Program-made: the position numbers and the translations under genes | The notes under the pieces: generated by a model | Seen by the model: only the letters and a program-made list of their open reading frames with translations | What the model was told of the DNA's origin: nothing | Database searches by the model: none | Part shown: positions 25,325 to 40,700 of the stretch, piece after piece | Numbering within the stretch: the stretch's first letter is position 1 | How the letters are laid out: every line of letters begins with the position of its first letter | NCBI GenBank assembly: GCA_013115125.1 | Contig: JABANN010000143.1 | Coordinates: 1 to 62,663 of the forward strand | Source: Perkinsus olseni | Lineage: Eukaryota | DNA length: 62,663 nt | Reading direction: 5' to 3'

Positions 25325-27570
25325 AGATTATATGACGAAGCGCCTTGAAGGGGATAATCTACGGCACTTCTACGTCGATGCTGGACAGGCTAAATTTGGA
25401 AATCGGATTTTCGAGCGGACGAGACGGGCTGGGGCGCGTATGGCCTTCTCGAGGACAGTGGTATTCAACGCCGTTGTCTGTCCTCGAGAAGTGGCCTTCT
25501 GATTGCTACGCTGGATTAATGACGCAGCCAGTCATTACAGCGCGCCGCAAGTTGAAGGATTCCGACGGAAGCATGGGCCATGAGAGCGACCACTCCGGAA
25601 ATTTTCACACTTTCAGAAAACAGCGTTGCCGTGTATCGTTTAGGCCGTGCATAGGAAAATCACGGTGGGCCGACTTGGGAGTGGTTCGGTACCGCGCGAA
25701 CCAAAATAAGACGGTCGACCGCCGGCTGTAGAGGTGGGAACGGTTAGGAGGAACGGACTAATTTCCGAGTCCGGTCCGGGCTCGATTGAAACGTTCCTTA
25801 ATAACGAGCAATACATGAATTAGTCATCACGTCTTCCTGCTCTAAGGCTTCGACCGACTTCATCTGCATCTTCCTCCATCCCCGCGGTCACCATCCCGGT
25901 CGGCAGTCCGGGCATGGGTGATCGATGCAGGGCGATGCAGGGCGATGCAGGGTATTGAGTGCAATCGTAGAATTCACTGCGATTCTATGGCTGAACGAAT
26001 ATCGGTGCAGCACCGATATTCGTTCAGCCATAGAATCGCACCGACGGTGGTCTCATGCCGGACCAGCCGGACTGCCCCTTTCACATCCAGTGTCCACCCC
26101 TAGGACGCTGGGACCGGCCTAGTTAAACTAACCATGTGATCAATTCGTGTGGTCTTCAAGCACACATATGTGATATCGCCGGTAAGCCTACTTTGATCCG
26201 ATGATGAGGCTGAGGAACTTAGAGGGAAATCGATGTGAAGAGAATAGCGCAGAGAATAGACGCTGGACGGCAGAGCTCGGGTGTTATCATAACAACGTCA
26301 TCATATTCCACTTATTGTTAATTGTTGGCGATAAAGCTGTCAGCGTTCTTGCAATCAACTCGAGATCACAGATTAATCCACCCACTTGAAATCAGCAGAC
26401 GTCCTTCGTGCTCACCTTCGATGCCTGAGAGCCCACTCGGAGCGGGCCACTCCCTCAGCCTCCTCCTCACTAGCAGACAACTCTGCCACAGCAGAGATTC
26501 AGAGGTCGTCTCATACGACGCTTTCAACTTCCACCATCTGTGTGTGGATCAAGTCTCGAGTCGGCGAGATGACTTGCACGCTCAACACCACGCCGCTGTT
26601 ACCTGAGGCACCGGGGCATGGCGGGCGATGGCCTTGCCTGACTGTCTTCGTAGCCACGCGCCCTCTCTCAACTTTAAAATCAACCTGTAACGATACGCAG
26701 CGTGAGACAGAAATGTTGTGCATGCGTGCAAAATAACCGCCATACCAAATCTTTCCCAAATCGTGACTATTTTCGCCGCATCTTCTACGTTCGTCAACTA
26801 CAGTTGTTTACGACGCTCATGTCTATCAAGGTCATCGACACTCAGGGCCTCTGGCCGAAGATACGTAACCATGGGGAGACCTTCGTGATGGCCACTTCTC
26901 AGGCGCTTGTTATTTTGATGAAAATGATTAACATTGTGAACGAAATTTCCTGTTGACCCGATATGCTTACGTAGAATGGGGAATCCAAGAGTATTATAGT
27001 GAATACAACACAAACGTAACGATGTCTTTTCATATCGGGAAAGAGAACTTGGTGTAACGATCCCATTGTCGTTTGTCTTGTGCCGCCGCCGCCGCAATGA
27101 TGCTGATTGTTGGGAACTCTTCTCAAGGACGCGAGAACATGATGACCATGCGTTGATTACTACGCCCCTCCACAAGTTATTAGCATATCCATTTTTACAC
27201 CGTCTACTGTCATCCGGCGGCTCGGGGATGTATTTTTTCATTCATCGCTGAGACACAAGTCTCCGAGAGTCAGGATGAGGAGCTTTCGGCAAGACGCTCG
27301 TCTCGTCGATGATGCGAATCAGCAGAAGGGGGTCTCAGATTGAAACTGTCCTTAATAACGAGCAATACATGCCTTTATTGCTCTAAGAGTTGAAGGGTGT
27401 CCATACCCGTGATTATTAACTCATTCTCCTCATTACTAATTTATCATCGTCCATCAATCGTGGTGGAATCTTTGACCTCTAGATGAGGCGTCGATCCATC
27501 GGACTGGTCGCAAAGTTAAGAAGTCGTTGAGGAGTGTATAAACCAGAGTCGGAGAAATCATTTATCAATT

Positions 27571-29851
27571 ATGAATTTATGGCCGCATATCGATCGTGGC
27601 GGTATCTTTGACCTCCATCTCAGGCGTTGATGTCTCGGAGGTATCCGAGTACGTGAGTGGAGCTGGTGATGATGAACCCAAGGGTGGCGTTAATATTACT
27701 CGAGAAAAGCTGCTTCAAGAGGCCGATGCCTTTAAGGTAGGGATCTTTAGAAATCTTCCGCCTGCGCGTCGCCTCGGTAGATGTTCAGAATTCCTCACCG
27801 TTTTTGAGGTAGAAAGAAAATGATGGAAAAACTGGGAATCTTGAGGTTGAGCCTTGCGTGTCGCATATCGGGCTGCCTCGAAAAGATACGTTTGAGAAAT
27901 TCCCCGATTTTAATTTACTGTCATTCTCCTCAAAGATTCCCTTGCCCTGTCTCAGCGTAGCGTCGTGAAGTTTGGCTGCTTCTGTGCTCAACTACAGTCC
28001 GATGACGAGCTGACTTCGATTCTTCTACCGGCCGGTCGAGAGCTGGCCAACACGTTCGGAGTTCTTTGCACTTGCATGACGGCAGTCGCTTTAAAGGGTA
28101 GTAATGGCGGGAGATGCTAAAAGGTCTTGTAAAATTGGCGTGACAGCCAGTGGTGAGCTTTGGGCTGAGAGACGTGGCGGTCGTAGTAGGTATATGAAGG
28201 TGTAAGATAGTCTGATATCATCTTTAGGAGAGCGCCTCGCACCCTTGTTGTTGTCTCAGCGTTCTGTGTTAATTTATGCTACTTTCACGTTGACAATAGG
28301 ATTGTAAGAAGGCCTCTTGTCTGTGATGCAAATCTCACTATTGGTCGATTTCCTGGGTTTGACTCAAGGGAAAGGAACCTAGAAGTGGATGACGTACTTC
28401 TCCACCCATCCGCGACCCTCAGTAACAAACAGGAAGGGAATGCAACATGTAAAAAGTTGCATGTTAGTTAGTAACCAGGTTACTAATAGTAACCGTGTAA
28501 TAGGTTGCGAAGTTAGGCCACTTCTCCCTTGAGGCGAAGTAGTCGATTTTAAGCAGCCTCTATCTTTGTCGTTACAGAGTGAGTAACGTTACTGCTGTTA
28601 CGTAGTCTAGTAGCCTATGACCTTGGTCCCGTTTTCAGGAGGGAAGTGTTTGACAGCGGAAGTAGCGGCCCTGGGAGATGATATTAACAAACAGGTGGAC
28701 AACCTCAACATGGCAGCTCTCGCAAACAGGGCTTCTGTCAGCCGGATCTGTAGTGTCCACGGGTCGACCTAAGATATTCTGCCATTTATCTTCATGCGAC
28801 TAATCCATTACTACGCGAAAATTCAATCTGCCGCTACCTGGGTTATCGCTGGACGCGAGAATTCCGGCGGTGCTCCCACCTCTCTCCGGTGAAAATGGGT
28901 GACAGATTTTTACAGCGGAGCGTACTACGCTCAGCGTAGCTGGTTCAGAGATTGACTTTTTCTCGGAATTAGTGTGGCGCGCGAGAATCTCTTTCAGGTG
29001 GTGCGTTGCTGGAGAGAATTCAGCGGGTCAAAAAGATGTCCTTGGAGCCTTCGAGTGCTTGTCGGAAGATTGTGATAAGGAATATCAAGTGTATGCAAGA
29101 TGCGCAAGATGAGCTAGGATCCTCGCTCGAAAGGGTTAAAGAGGGGAAGAAAACGGAAGGGGGTAGTACTTGGGTGATGGGGTCGGAAAGGGAACAAATA
29201 TCTTTCATTTTCCTTTCGCTTAGAACTTTATAATACAGTGTCGTGTGAGCCTGCGGTGTATTATAATAGTAAGGAATGTGCAGAGTGTGAAAATATAATT
29301 TCGATTGTCATGTAGAGAATTGAAATTACTATTGAAATAGAACTGTTACACTCACGGGGAACAAGCAAAGGAATTGAATTTTTTTTCTGGAATACAGATC
29401 TTATGGATACTATATTATTGAGAACCATTCTGTATACTATTCCAAGTGGCTTTCTATAATACAAAAAGTCATTTTTACGTTCAGAATTTTTAAGCATTTT
29501 CGCTGGTTCTCAGAGGTGCCTGAATTAGTAGACGATGAAGATGACGTGTTGGACTTTGATGGTGATGATGATTTATTTCTCGTCGAGAGCGCAGAGGAGT
29601 TGATAGGAGCGATCGAGGGGTTGGTTGGAGATATGAAAAGATTGGCAGTTTCGGCGGCCGATGATATCTTAGCGGAGCGAAGCAGAAAAGTATCTTCGAA
29701 AATTGACGAAATTGTGGTAGCAATTACGACGGGAAGCGACGACGAAGAGGAATTTGATGATTTGTTTGATGCGTTGGAAAGGGAAGGGTGTGGTGAAAGG
29801 ATGGGGAAAGTGAGGGAGATTGTCCGGAGAGAGATGATATCCAAAGCTTGA
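27571..29851 (+). CDS. Probable GCIP/CCNDBP1 (cyclin-D1-binding protein)-like protein, spliced; 5' end uncertain
   Basis: Helical exons GALLERIQRVKKM...NIKCMQDAQDELGSSLE, an acidic tract DDEDDVLDFDGDDD, then KVSSKIDEIVVAI; this matches the GCIP family layout from recall. Confidence 0.5.
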
Positions 29852-30431
29852 GCGTGCAAGATACGAAATAGGTTGGGTTGGGTGTGTATAGTTAACGATG
29901 TTCCTTACTCTTACGAAACGTTTCTACTGTGCTATGAAGGCGTTGTGTGTGAATACTGAGCGGCTGGAGAGGCTCACAATTCCGATGATGCTCACTTACG
30001 GTTTTTTAGAAGTTTGGGAGAAATTCGGAATTCAGTGATCTCCACGGTAAATATTTTCGTGTGAAAGTCGAAATTTTCGTGAATTTTTTGTCATTTTTGG
30101 ATGCATTCTTAGTATTATCCGCTCCGGTTCGATGAGAGCGTTGACACTTTTGTAAGGTATCCGAAAGTTCCCGCATGGTCCGAACTCTTTTTTTTATCAT
30201 ACCGAATTTCCACGAAATGAGAATTACTGATAGATCGACAATATTGTCATCTACGAGACCCTCGTTAGCTTGCGTCGTGCAAATTTGACAAGTCCGTTTT
30301 TTCCGAATAATTTTTCCGTTTTTTCCAGACTAAAATGGCCTGTATACTTGTTTCGTGTGGTACTTTTTTTTCGGTAAATTTCGGGACGCTGTGATTTTCC
30401 TTTGCGTACTTTCAGGATTGTTTTCCTTCTG

Positions 30432-30794
30432 ATGGCAACCGCATTTGCCTCATCCACGCCGACGAACCTTTGCACGCATGCGCACGACGATCTTGAACCG
30501 ATTGAAGTTGTCAGGAAGGTGTTTGTGTATTTTGGAGACCGACCGGTGCCGGTGGAGCTGCAGACGATGGCAGAGGGAGCGGATGTTTTCGCGGAAAAAT
30601 TTGGGAAAAGTTGTGCGGAAAATAACGGGAAATTTCTGAGAGAATTCATGGTCTTCGCGGGAGCTGGTCGACGGACTTTTCACGGCTTGGTTAATGGAGT
30701 ATTCATATTTGTGAGGTGGTGTGCCGACTTGGGAGTTGATGTTGAGCTCGATGCGGTGGAGATTATAAAAAGTAGTAGCAGGGAGGAGGGGTGA
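30432..30794 (+). CDS. Short hypothetical ORF (~120 aa)
   Basis: ATG-initiated ORF with protein-like composition and base composition similar to the neighbouring TBC ORF. Confidence 0.3.
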   Translation: MATAFASSTPTNLCTHAHDDLEPIEVVRKVFVYFGDRPVPVELQTMAEGADVFAEKFGKSCAENNGKFLREFMVFAGAGRRTFHGLVNGVFIFVRWCADLGVDVELDAVEIIKSSSREEG

Positions 30795-31189
30795 AAAACA
30801 GTTTTTTGTGGGTGTCACGGCGCTCGGCGATTCGGTTCTACTCAGGGTTTTTAGAGCATTGCCTTCGAATTCTCGAGTTTTTCATACTTCCCTGTTGTGA
30901 TAACAGATCTTGGATATAAATTTTTCGGCTGCCAAGTGAGAAGGGCATTTCGTTAAATATCGGAATGGAACTTTGGAGTTCCACTATTTCCAATATTCGA
31001 CATTCAGGGTCATGTCGTGTTTGCGCCTCACCTTTGGAATTGATGGAAGTTTTTCTCGCTGGGGTTTTTAGTCTCCGTGAGAAGTTTTTCGACACTGGTG
31101 GAAGGGCGACGGTGACGATTCTGATAGAAAAATCAGAAGTCCCAAGTAATCACAGAAAATTGTTTTCTCCATATGACAGCAGTTCTCGG

Positions 31190-32530
31190 ATGAAAAATCC
31201 ATTCGTAGTGGCAACTGGTGTGTTGGTGATGATGATGATCTGTCATGAATCTGACTATCGGACGAGCTTCGAAAATCATCTCTGTGATGCGGGGTTCTCA
31301 GATACGTACCCTGAGAAGCTCCTACGGGCTTTCGATCGTCTTCTAAAGATTCTCCCCGACGTTCCGAGTGAAGCCAGCGCGTTGCACATTCGAGGTTGCC
31401 CGTGTTTAGAGTGCCGATGGGGTAGTATCTTGGATCATTATATTACAACTAATTCCGCCATCCCGACTCCGGTCGTTCAACGGCTGGTGAGGAAGGGTGT
31501 TCCGCGGTCGGTGAGGGAAGGAGTTTGGTTTTGGCTGTTTGGAGGGAGCGCTGTGGCTCGCGATAGGAATCCTGGGTACTGCAGTTTGCTGGGGGTCGAT
31601 GGCGACTACGCCGAGCTGATCGATTTGGACGTATCTCGGACTTTTTGCGGTGAAAAAGAGTGGCAGAAAAAAGGCGGAGCGAAGATTTTGGGCAGAATTT
31701 TACGAGCGTATTCGCTGAGGAACCCTATGGTTGGGTATTGCCAGGGTTTGAGCTACATAGGAGCGCTGCTACTGGAGGTCTGTTCGGAAGAGGTTGCGTT
31801 TTGCTGTCTATGTGCTTTGGTTGAAGATGGGTCGATGCCGCCAGATTATTATACTAGTTTGAAGGGAGCAATCGTTGATCGATTGGTTTTGGAGGAGCTG
31901 GCGAAGCAGAACGTGAAGGGGTTGTGTGGCGCGTTGGAAGAGGAGGGAAGAAGTTTCGACGAATTTTCGTTTTTGGCGGTATCTTGGTTTCTGTGTTTGT
32001 TCACGGCGACCTTACCTGTGGAAGTCTCGGTTCGAGTTTGGGATTTTTACATGACTTACGGAATTTGCGTGATTTTTCGAGTATCTTTGGGAATCTTGAC
32101 GGTCGCTCAAGGTCCGATAGTTGAAGGTGCGGAAGATATTAATGATTTGCGAGATCTGATAGAAAAATCGTTAAACGAAATTGGAGTCTGTGACGTGCCT
32201 GACTACTGCATGTCGTTTAATAAAGTTACTAATACGGTGGTGGAGACGCTGAGGGAGAGCAAGAGAAGACGGATGAGTCGGGAGGAAGAAATTGATAGAA
32301 AAATGGGGAAAAAGGAAGACGCCTTGGACCGGTGCTTTCTAGCTGTTATTGATCGTCCGGAGGAGTCCCCAGAGAAGAAGGTTAATGAAAATTATTTCCA
32401 AGTTGATCGTGAGAGAACGTCGTCGTCGTCGGCTGCGTCTGGTGGAAGGAGGGACGCGCGGCTGTTGGGGGAGTTGGAGGATTTTATGATGTTTAAGAAG
32501 CCTCATCACCATCGAAGGCGAAGGAAGTGA
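31190..32530 (+). CDS. TBC-domain Rab GTPase-activating protein, intronless (start may be a nearby downstream ATG)
   Basis: LVRKGVPRSVREGVW, IDLDVSRTF (arginine finger), VGYCQGLSYI (glutamine finger), SWFLCLF and RVWD. Confidence 0.95.
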   Translation: MKNPFVVATGVLVMMMICHESDYRTSFENHLCDAGFSDTYPEKLLRAFDRLLKILPDVPSEASALHIRGCPCLECRWGSILDHYITTNSAIPTPVVQRLVRKGVPRSVREGVWFWLFGGSAVARDRNPGYCSLLGVDGDYAELIDLDVSRTFCGEKEWQKKGGAKILGRILRAYSLRNPMVGYCQGLSYIGALLLEVCSEEVAFCCLCALVEDGSMPPDYYTSLKGAIVDRLVLEELAKQNVKGLCGALEEEGRSFDEFSFLAVSWFLCLFTATLPVEVSVRVWDFYMTYGICVIFRVSLGILTVAQGPIVEGAEDINDLRDLIEKSLNEIGVCDVPDYCMSFNKVTNTVVETLRESKRRRMSREEEIDRKMGKKEDALDRCFLAVIDRPEESPEKKVNENYFQVDRERTSSSSAASGGRRDARLLGELEDFMMFKKPHHHRRRRK

Positions 32531-32918
32531 GGTGTTACTCGACTTGACCTATTCCGTATCTTGCCAGGGTGACCTCAGGATACTCTGTGGTCATACTGCT
32601 GTATATATTCGTATAATATGATATTCTTGTTATACTTTTCGTAATGATACGCGTAGTTGCGTTGAAAGTGCGGAAATGGGGGCGAAAGTTGGGCGATTTG
32701 TGGTATGGATTTTTGGACGTTTTCAGATTTGTCCCATCGGTATTGAAGGTAACGTACGACTTTTAGTGCTATCTCGAGTAAGCGTATCTTTCCATCATCA
32801 ACTTTAGCGATCCGGGTCGACTTTCTCGTTGGCTTCCCCGTCCGCGAGTTGTGGGATTTTAGTGGCACTCTTTGACTTCCCTTCCCCTTCCTAGTGCGTC
32901 TGCTGGCGGTGGCTGTGG

Positions 32919-36202
<3,284 letters not shown>

Positions 36203-37738
36203 CGATAATGATGATACCACTACAAGTGCAATATTGATCAACTTTCTAAATCACCGGTGTTGTGTTCATGCGTGCAGATTTTTGATACCAACTTTTCCGC
36301 AACTTTCAGATGCGTCTCCTTCTCTCTGCTGCACTGGTATGGCGTGGTTTTGCGGAGGTGAATCCTGTCGTCCAACAGGTTGACATTGGCGAGGCTCTCC
36401 CTGATAAGCTCTGTCTCGAAGCGGGTGAGGGGTGAAGCAGTGGTGTCGGCCTCGTTATCGTACCACACGGAAACGGTCACAGTTTTTGGACTGTTCTTTT
36501 GTTCATGTCATTGCAGCGGTCAGCATGTAGGCTAAAAACAGATTGAAACCCTCCTTAGCGGAATTAACTTTTAAGACTACTATATCAATTGGGATACTCA
36601 TGATAAATTGCGGAGCGAGCGGAGCATATACTGTCACTTCCGCGCTTTTTTGTGCGTTCGTTCGTTCGTTCGTTCGTTCAAATTATTTCTCCGCGACTAT
36701 GTCGATTCAACTCGCGAGATACATACCATTCGAAAGCTCGCGGTTTGTGTATTCTATGAAAAATACGAAATCGCTATCATCCCTGTTCTACCGAGCAAAA
36801 CCGCCGTGGACCGTTGTAGATGAACCCGAAAAAATACGGAAAAAACCCCGGGCTGGGGTTCGAACCCGAGACTTTGTGCCGAGCTCCGCTTTTTTCGTTG
36901 CGAAGGCCTAGTGACTATTTACTGACTATAATAACTTGGTTTGTGAGGACGCCTAAGCACTTTCCGGTCTACAAGGGCGTGAGAGTAGGTGCGGTGGGCA
37001 GCACCGAATTGTTTGCAGCATTCGGCTTGCAATGGTATCGAACCAATGCGTGATAGTTGTGGGATATGCTACCGACAGATGCGACCCTCAAGCAGCTCGT
37101 TCGGCCGATAGCCTATCTTCTTCTTGTGGATGCGGTCCGGCCAATTTACGGCCAACACACCTGTGAATAGCGGCGCTTCTGCGACTCAACAACACTCTCC
37201 GCTCAGTGAAGTTCCGTTTCGCCGCCGCAAACATATGGGGACTTCCTTGAATTCAGTCGTTCTCAGCATAGTGTATGGGTGTCGTCTATAGTACCAACTT
37301 TCCTCTTCAGCAACCACGTCCAATGGCAACTTCTATGAGACTGAGAAGGCCCCGTCAGTGGTGGTTGGCGAGGGGTTGTATAAGGAACTCGTCACCAGAG
37401 CGCGTGTGAGGCTGGATTTGGGGACCGGGGGCCTCGGGAACATCTATTATCATCAAAATTACAGCAGCGGTGATCTAGTCCAAACTCGAGCTCGGTACTC
37501 ATCTCCCTGTAGAGGATGTGGTCATAGAACGCATCATAAGAAGATTGGGCTCATAGTGAAGGAGATAGAGTGATGAGTAGTCGACAGAATTGGGGTTGAT
37601 GACGGGTCGCTAGTATGAAGGGGGTAGTGGACACACAGTTCAATTGTGTCATGCAGACAGTGCACAGCACTGCTCGGAAGAGAATCAAGAGTCTTTCTTT
37701 ATTTTTTGTGCGATCGAGACAGGCGTCGTCTTTGGTAG

Positions 37739-40700
37739 TCCTCAGCGGAGGCACAGCACGACAGGGTTATACAACAGCTGCATGCCGAGTTGACCGATCA
37801 TGGGAAAAGTGTGGGGGAAGCGGGCGGAGCGAAGCACGGAAATTCGAAAGAGGGAAAGGCTAAACAAGTTGGAGAGGCTGAGAGAACCGAAGGACAGCAC
37901 TTTCCAATTCTGTGAGTTTGGCGGAATCTTGCAAACTTGCTACCTCTTGCATTTTCTCAACGAGAATTTGCTGATCGTCTGATGGTTGCTGTTCGATAAG
38001 ATTCATAATCATCGCGGTGAGCGGCGGAATCTTTCTCTGCTGGGTCTGTGCCAATTTGGTGAAGTTTCTCCCTCCAACAGTCGCCGTCTTCAAGCTGGGC
38101 ATGGTAAGATACTCCCAAATCGATCACGCGATCGATTATTATTCAGTTACTAGCTGTGCTAATTCATCACGTGCCGCTGCATCGGTGGGGTGTGCTCGGC
38201 GACAGCATCCAGACGTGAGGACTCGGTCTGTGGAATTTCGTGGCGAGTGACGCTTCAGATGGCTCACGGTGGATCCCCATCTCATGTGTTTTGTCTTCAT
38301 CCCCATGCTCATGTTCGGCGACGTCCTCGCCCTCGACGCCAATCTGGTCCGGGGCGGGTTGCTGCAGTAAGTGCCTCGACGCTCTTTCTGGCCAATACTC
38401 TCGGGGTCTTTCGAGAAGAGAAAAAGCGGCAGATGAAATATTAGGAGATTGGTCGAAATCATACTGAAAAACTTTCCGTCGATTTTTTCGCGTCAAAATT
38501 TTCTGATAACTTGGAAATTTTGAATGCTATTGTGATGACAGCGCGTTGTTGCTGAGGCTGATGTTATTATCGGTAGTGGGAAGAAATCTTCTTGAGCGGG
38601 TTCAGCACGGGTCATTTTGTGCTCTCGAGTTGCCCGTTGCACACCCATCCACAAAATCTTATCGTGCGGCGTAGAATACGATGATGGAACTTGAGTCTAA
38701 TACCTTAATGCATGTCCCACACCAAGGCTGCCAGCCCGCTGAAGTACAACAGCGCCTCGCCTTGTCAACGCCACACAATCTGAGAACGTCCTTCTACTTC
38801 GAATGGTGGCACAAGTCAATTTGGATTCCTGCCTTAGCTGCTGAGTTCATAGCTTTTTACTATCCAAGGGTCATACCACTCCGCGCCCGATTCGTAGGCA
38901 TCATGTGATTAATATCAAGATAGCACGCGCTATCTGAAAACGCGAAGCTGACCCGTTTTCCATTCCCTGCCTACGGCGAATTTTGAACTGAATCCCCACT
39001 CTCAGAGCCGCCCTGATGGCCACCCTGGGCTTCCTCATCTCGGCCTTCCTCTCCTCCCTACCAACACGGTGAGGTGGTGGACGCGCGTCGTGCTGGCTTG
39101 CCGCCGAAGGTTGTGGAGCAGGTTCCTGCCATCAACGCGTGATTGGCCGGTGGCTTTGAGCGTCTGCTTCGGGGCTGTGGTGTCGGGGACAGAACCGACT
39201 GCGGCTATCTGGATCCTCAGGGCTCTCGGATGTAGGCCAATTCCGGCTGGGAGCTCCTTTCTGCTTTTTTCGAACGATTAATTCCTGTAAGGGCAGCCAT
39301 AAGCGCTTTGCTTTTCATCGCCATCGCGGCGGATTACCTTCGCCGTTTGGGTTGCGGAGGCTTCGTGCTTGAGATGCTGTTGAACGATTTTGTACCTACA
39401 ATCTTTTTATAATGCTGGAGCGTCCCAATTTTGGCAGACTAGGAGCCATCGGTCGTTATCGATCGCGTCATCGATTAGTGTGTCCGGTCCATCACCGGTG
39501 TGTTGGTCTCAGCCACCCAGCGTTTGAAGACCTTGATGGAGACGGAGAGCCTGTTGGGCGATGGGATGCTCATCGTGCTATACTCGGTGGCCAAGACTGA
39601 GCTGGATGATCATGTCTCACCATACGGACCACGTAGGCCAAACGAGGGGAGATGAGTTTTGCCTATCGCGCGCGCCCTGCTGATCGATTTGATCCGTGGC
39701 TCTCCCTTCAGTCGATATTGCTGTGTATGTGGTCCGTGCTGTGATTGGATCGGCATCACTCGGTATGCTACTTGGTATACATGGACTAACTGCCTTGGCG
39801 CACATCAGCAACAGGTATCATTCAACCTGACGCTGCTGTTTACTTCAACACTATTCCCGTCAGCCACCCGCACGCCTTTAATCGCTATGAGCATTCTCTT
39901 CGTTCTACTATCGCAGCCGTCCGCTCAGTGAGCGTCACGCGCCACGAAATTATGGGATAGGTTCGGTCAGTATGACCTGACGCTACAGACCACCATAACG
40001 CTAGTTACGGCCTATGCTTCCTTCTTCATCGCGGAGGTCTACTTCGGGATGTCTGGGGTCATCACGACCTTCACAGCTGGCATGATACTCTCCTGGAGGT
40101 GAGCACGATGGAAATTACCGCGCGCCACGAAATTATTATCCTCAGGATGCGGCCGCTGTTAATAAGCAGCGAGGCTGTCGACTCGTTCTGGTCGGTGATG
40201 GAGTTCGTATCCAATGCGGTCGTCTTCTTCCTGGGTGGAGTCCTCTTCGGGGATGCCTGCTACCGTGCGCAGCCGATAGAATTCCTTTGGTGAGCAGCAT
40301 TGGCATGATGGCCCGTGGCGTGCGAGACAACTTGGGAAAATGACTCGGCGTTCGTCTTCCGAGAATACGATGAATTACGCGGAAACTTAACGCATCTTAG
40401 CTTGGCCCTGGCAGAGCGTAGCGAGGTTGATTAGAACTTCATAGCCCGTACCTTCGTCCTGTGACTCAGCACGATCGTGGAATTTTCAACAGGTTTGTTC
40501 CCTCTCTGGTTGCTCAGGTTGTTGGTGCTGTATCTTGCAACCATCGCTAGCCGAGCTATAATGGTCTTCACCTTATCCCCTCTGATAAATTCGATCGGCG
40601 AGAAGTAATTGCGCATTGCATGCTGACTGCGGGGGTAGAACCAGGGACCTCTCGGTCATTAGATACTCGTGGAAGGAGCTTACGCTATCAGCGTGGAGCG

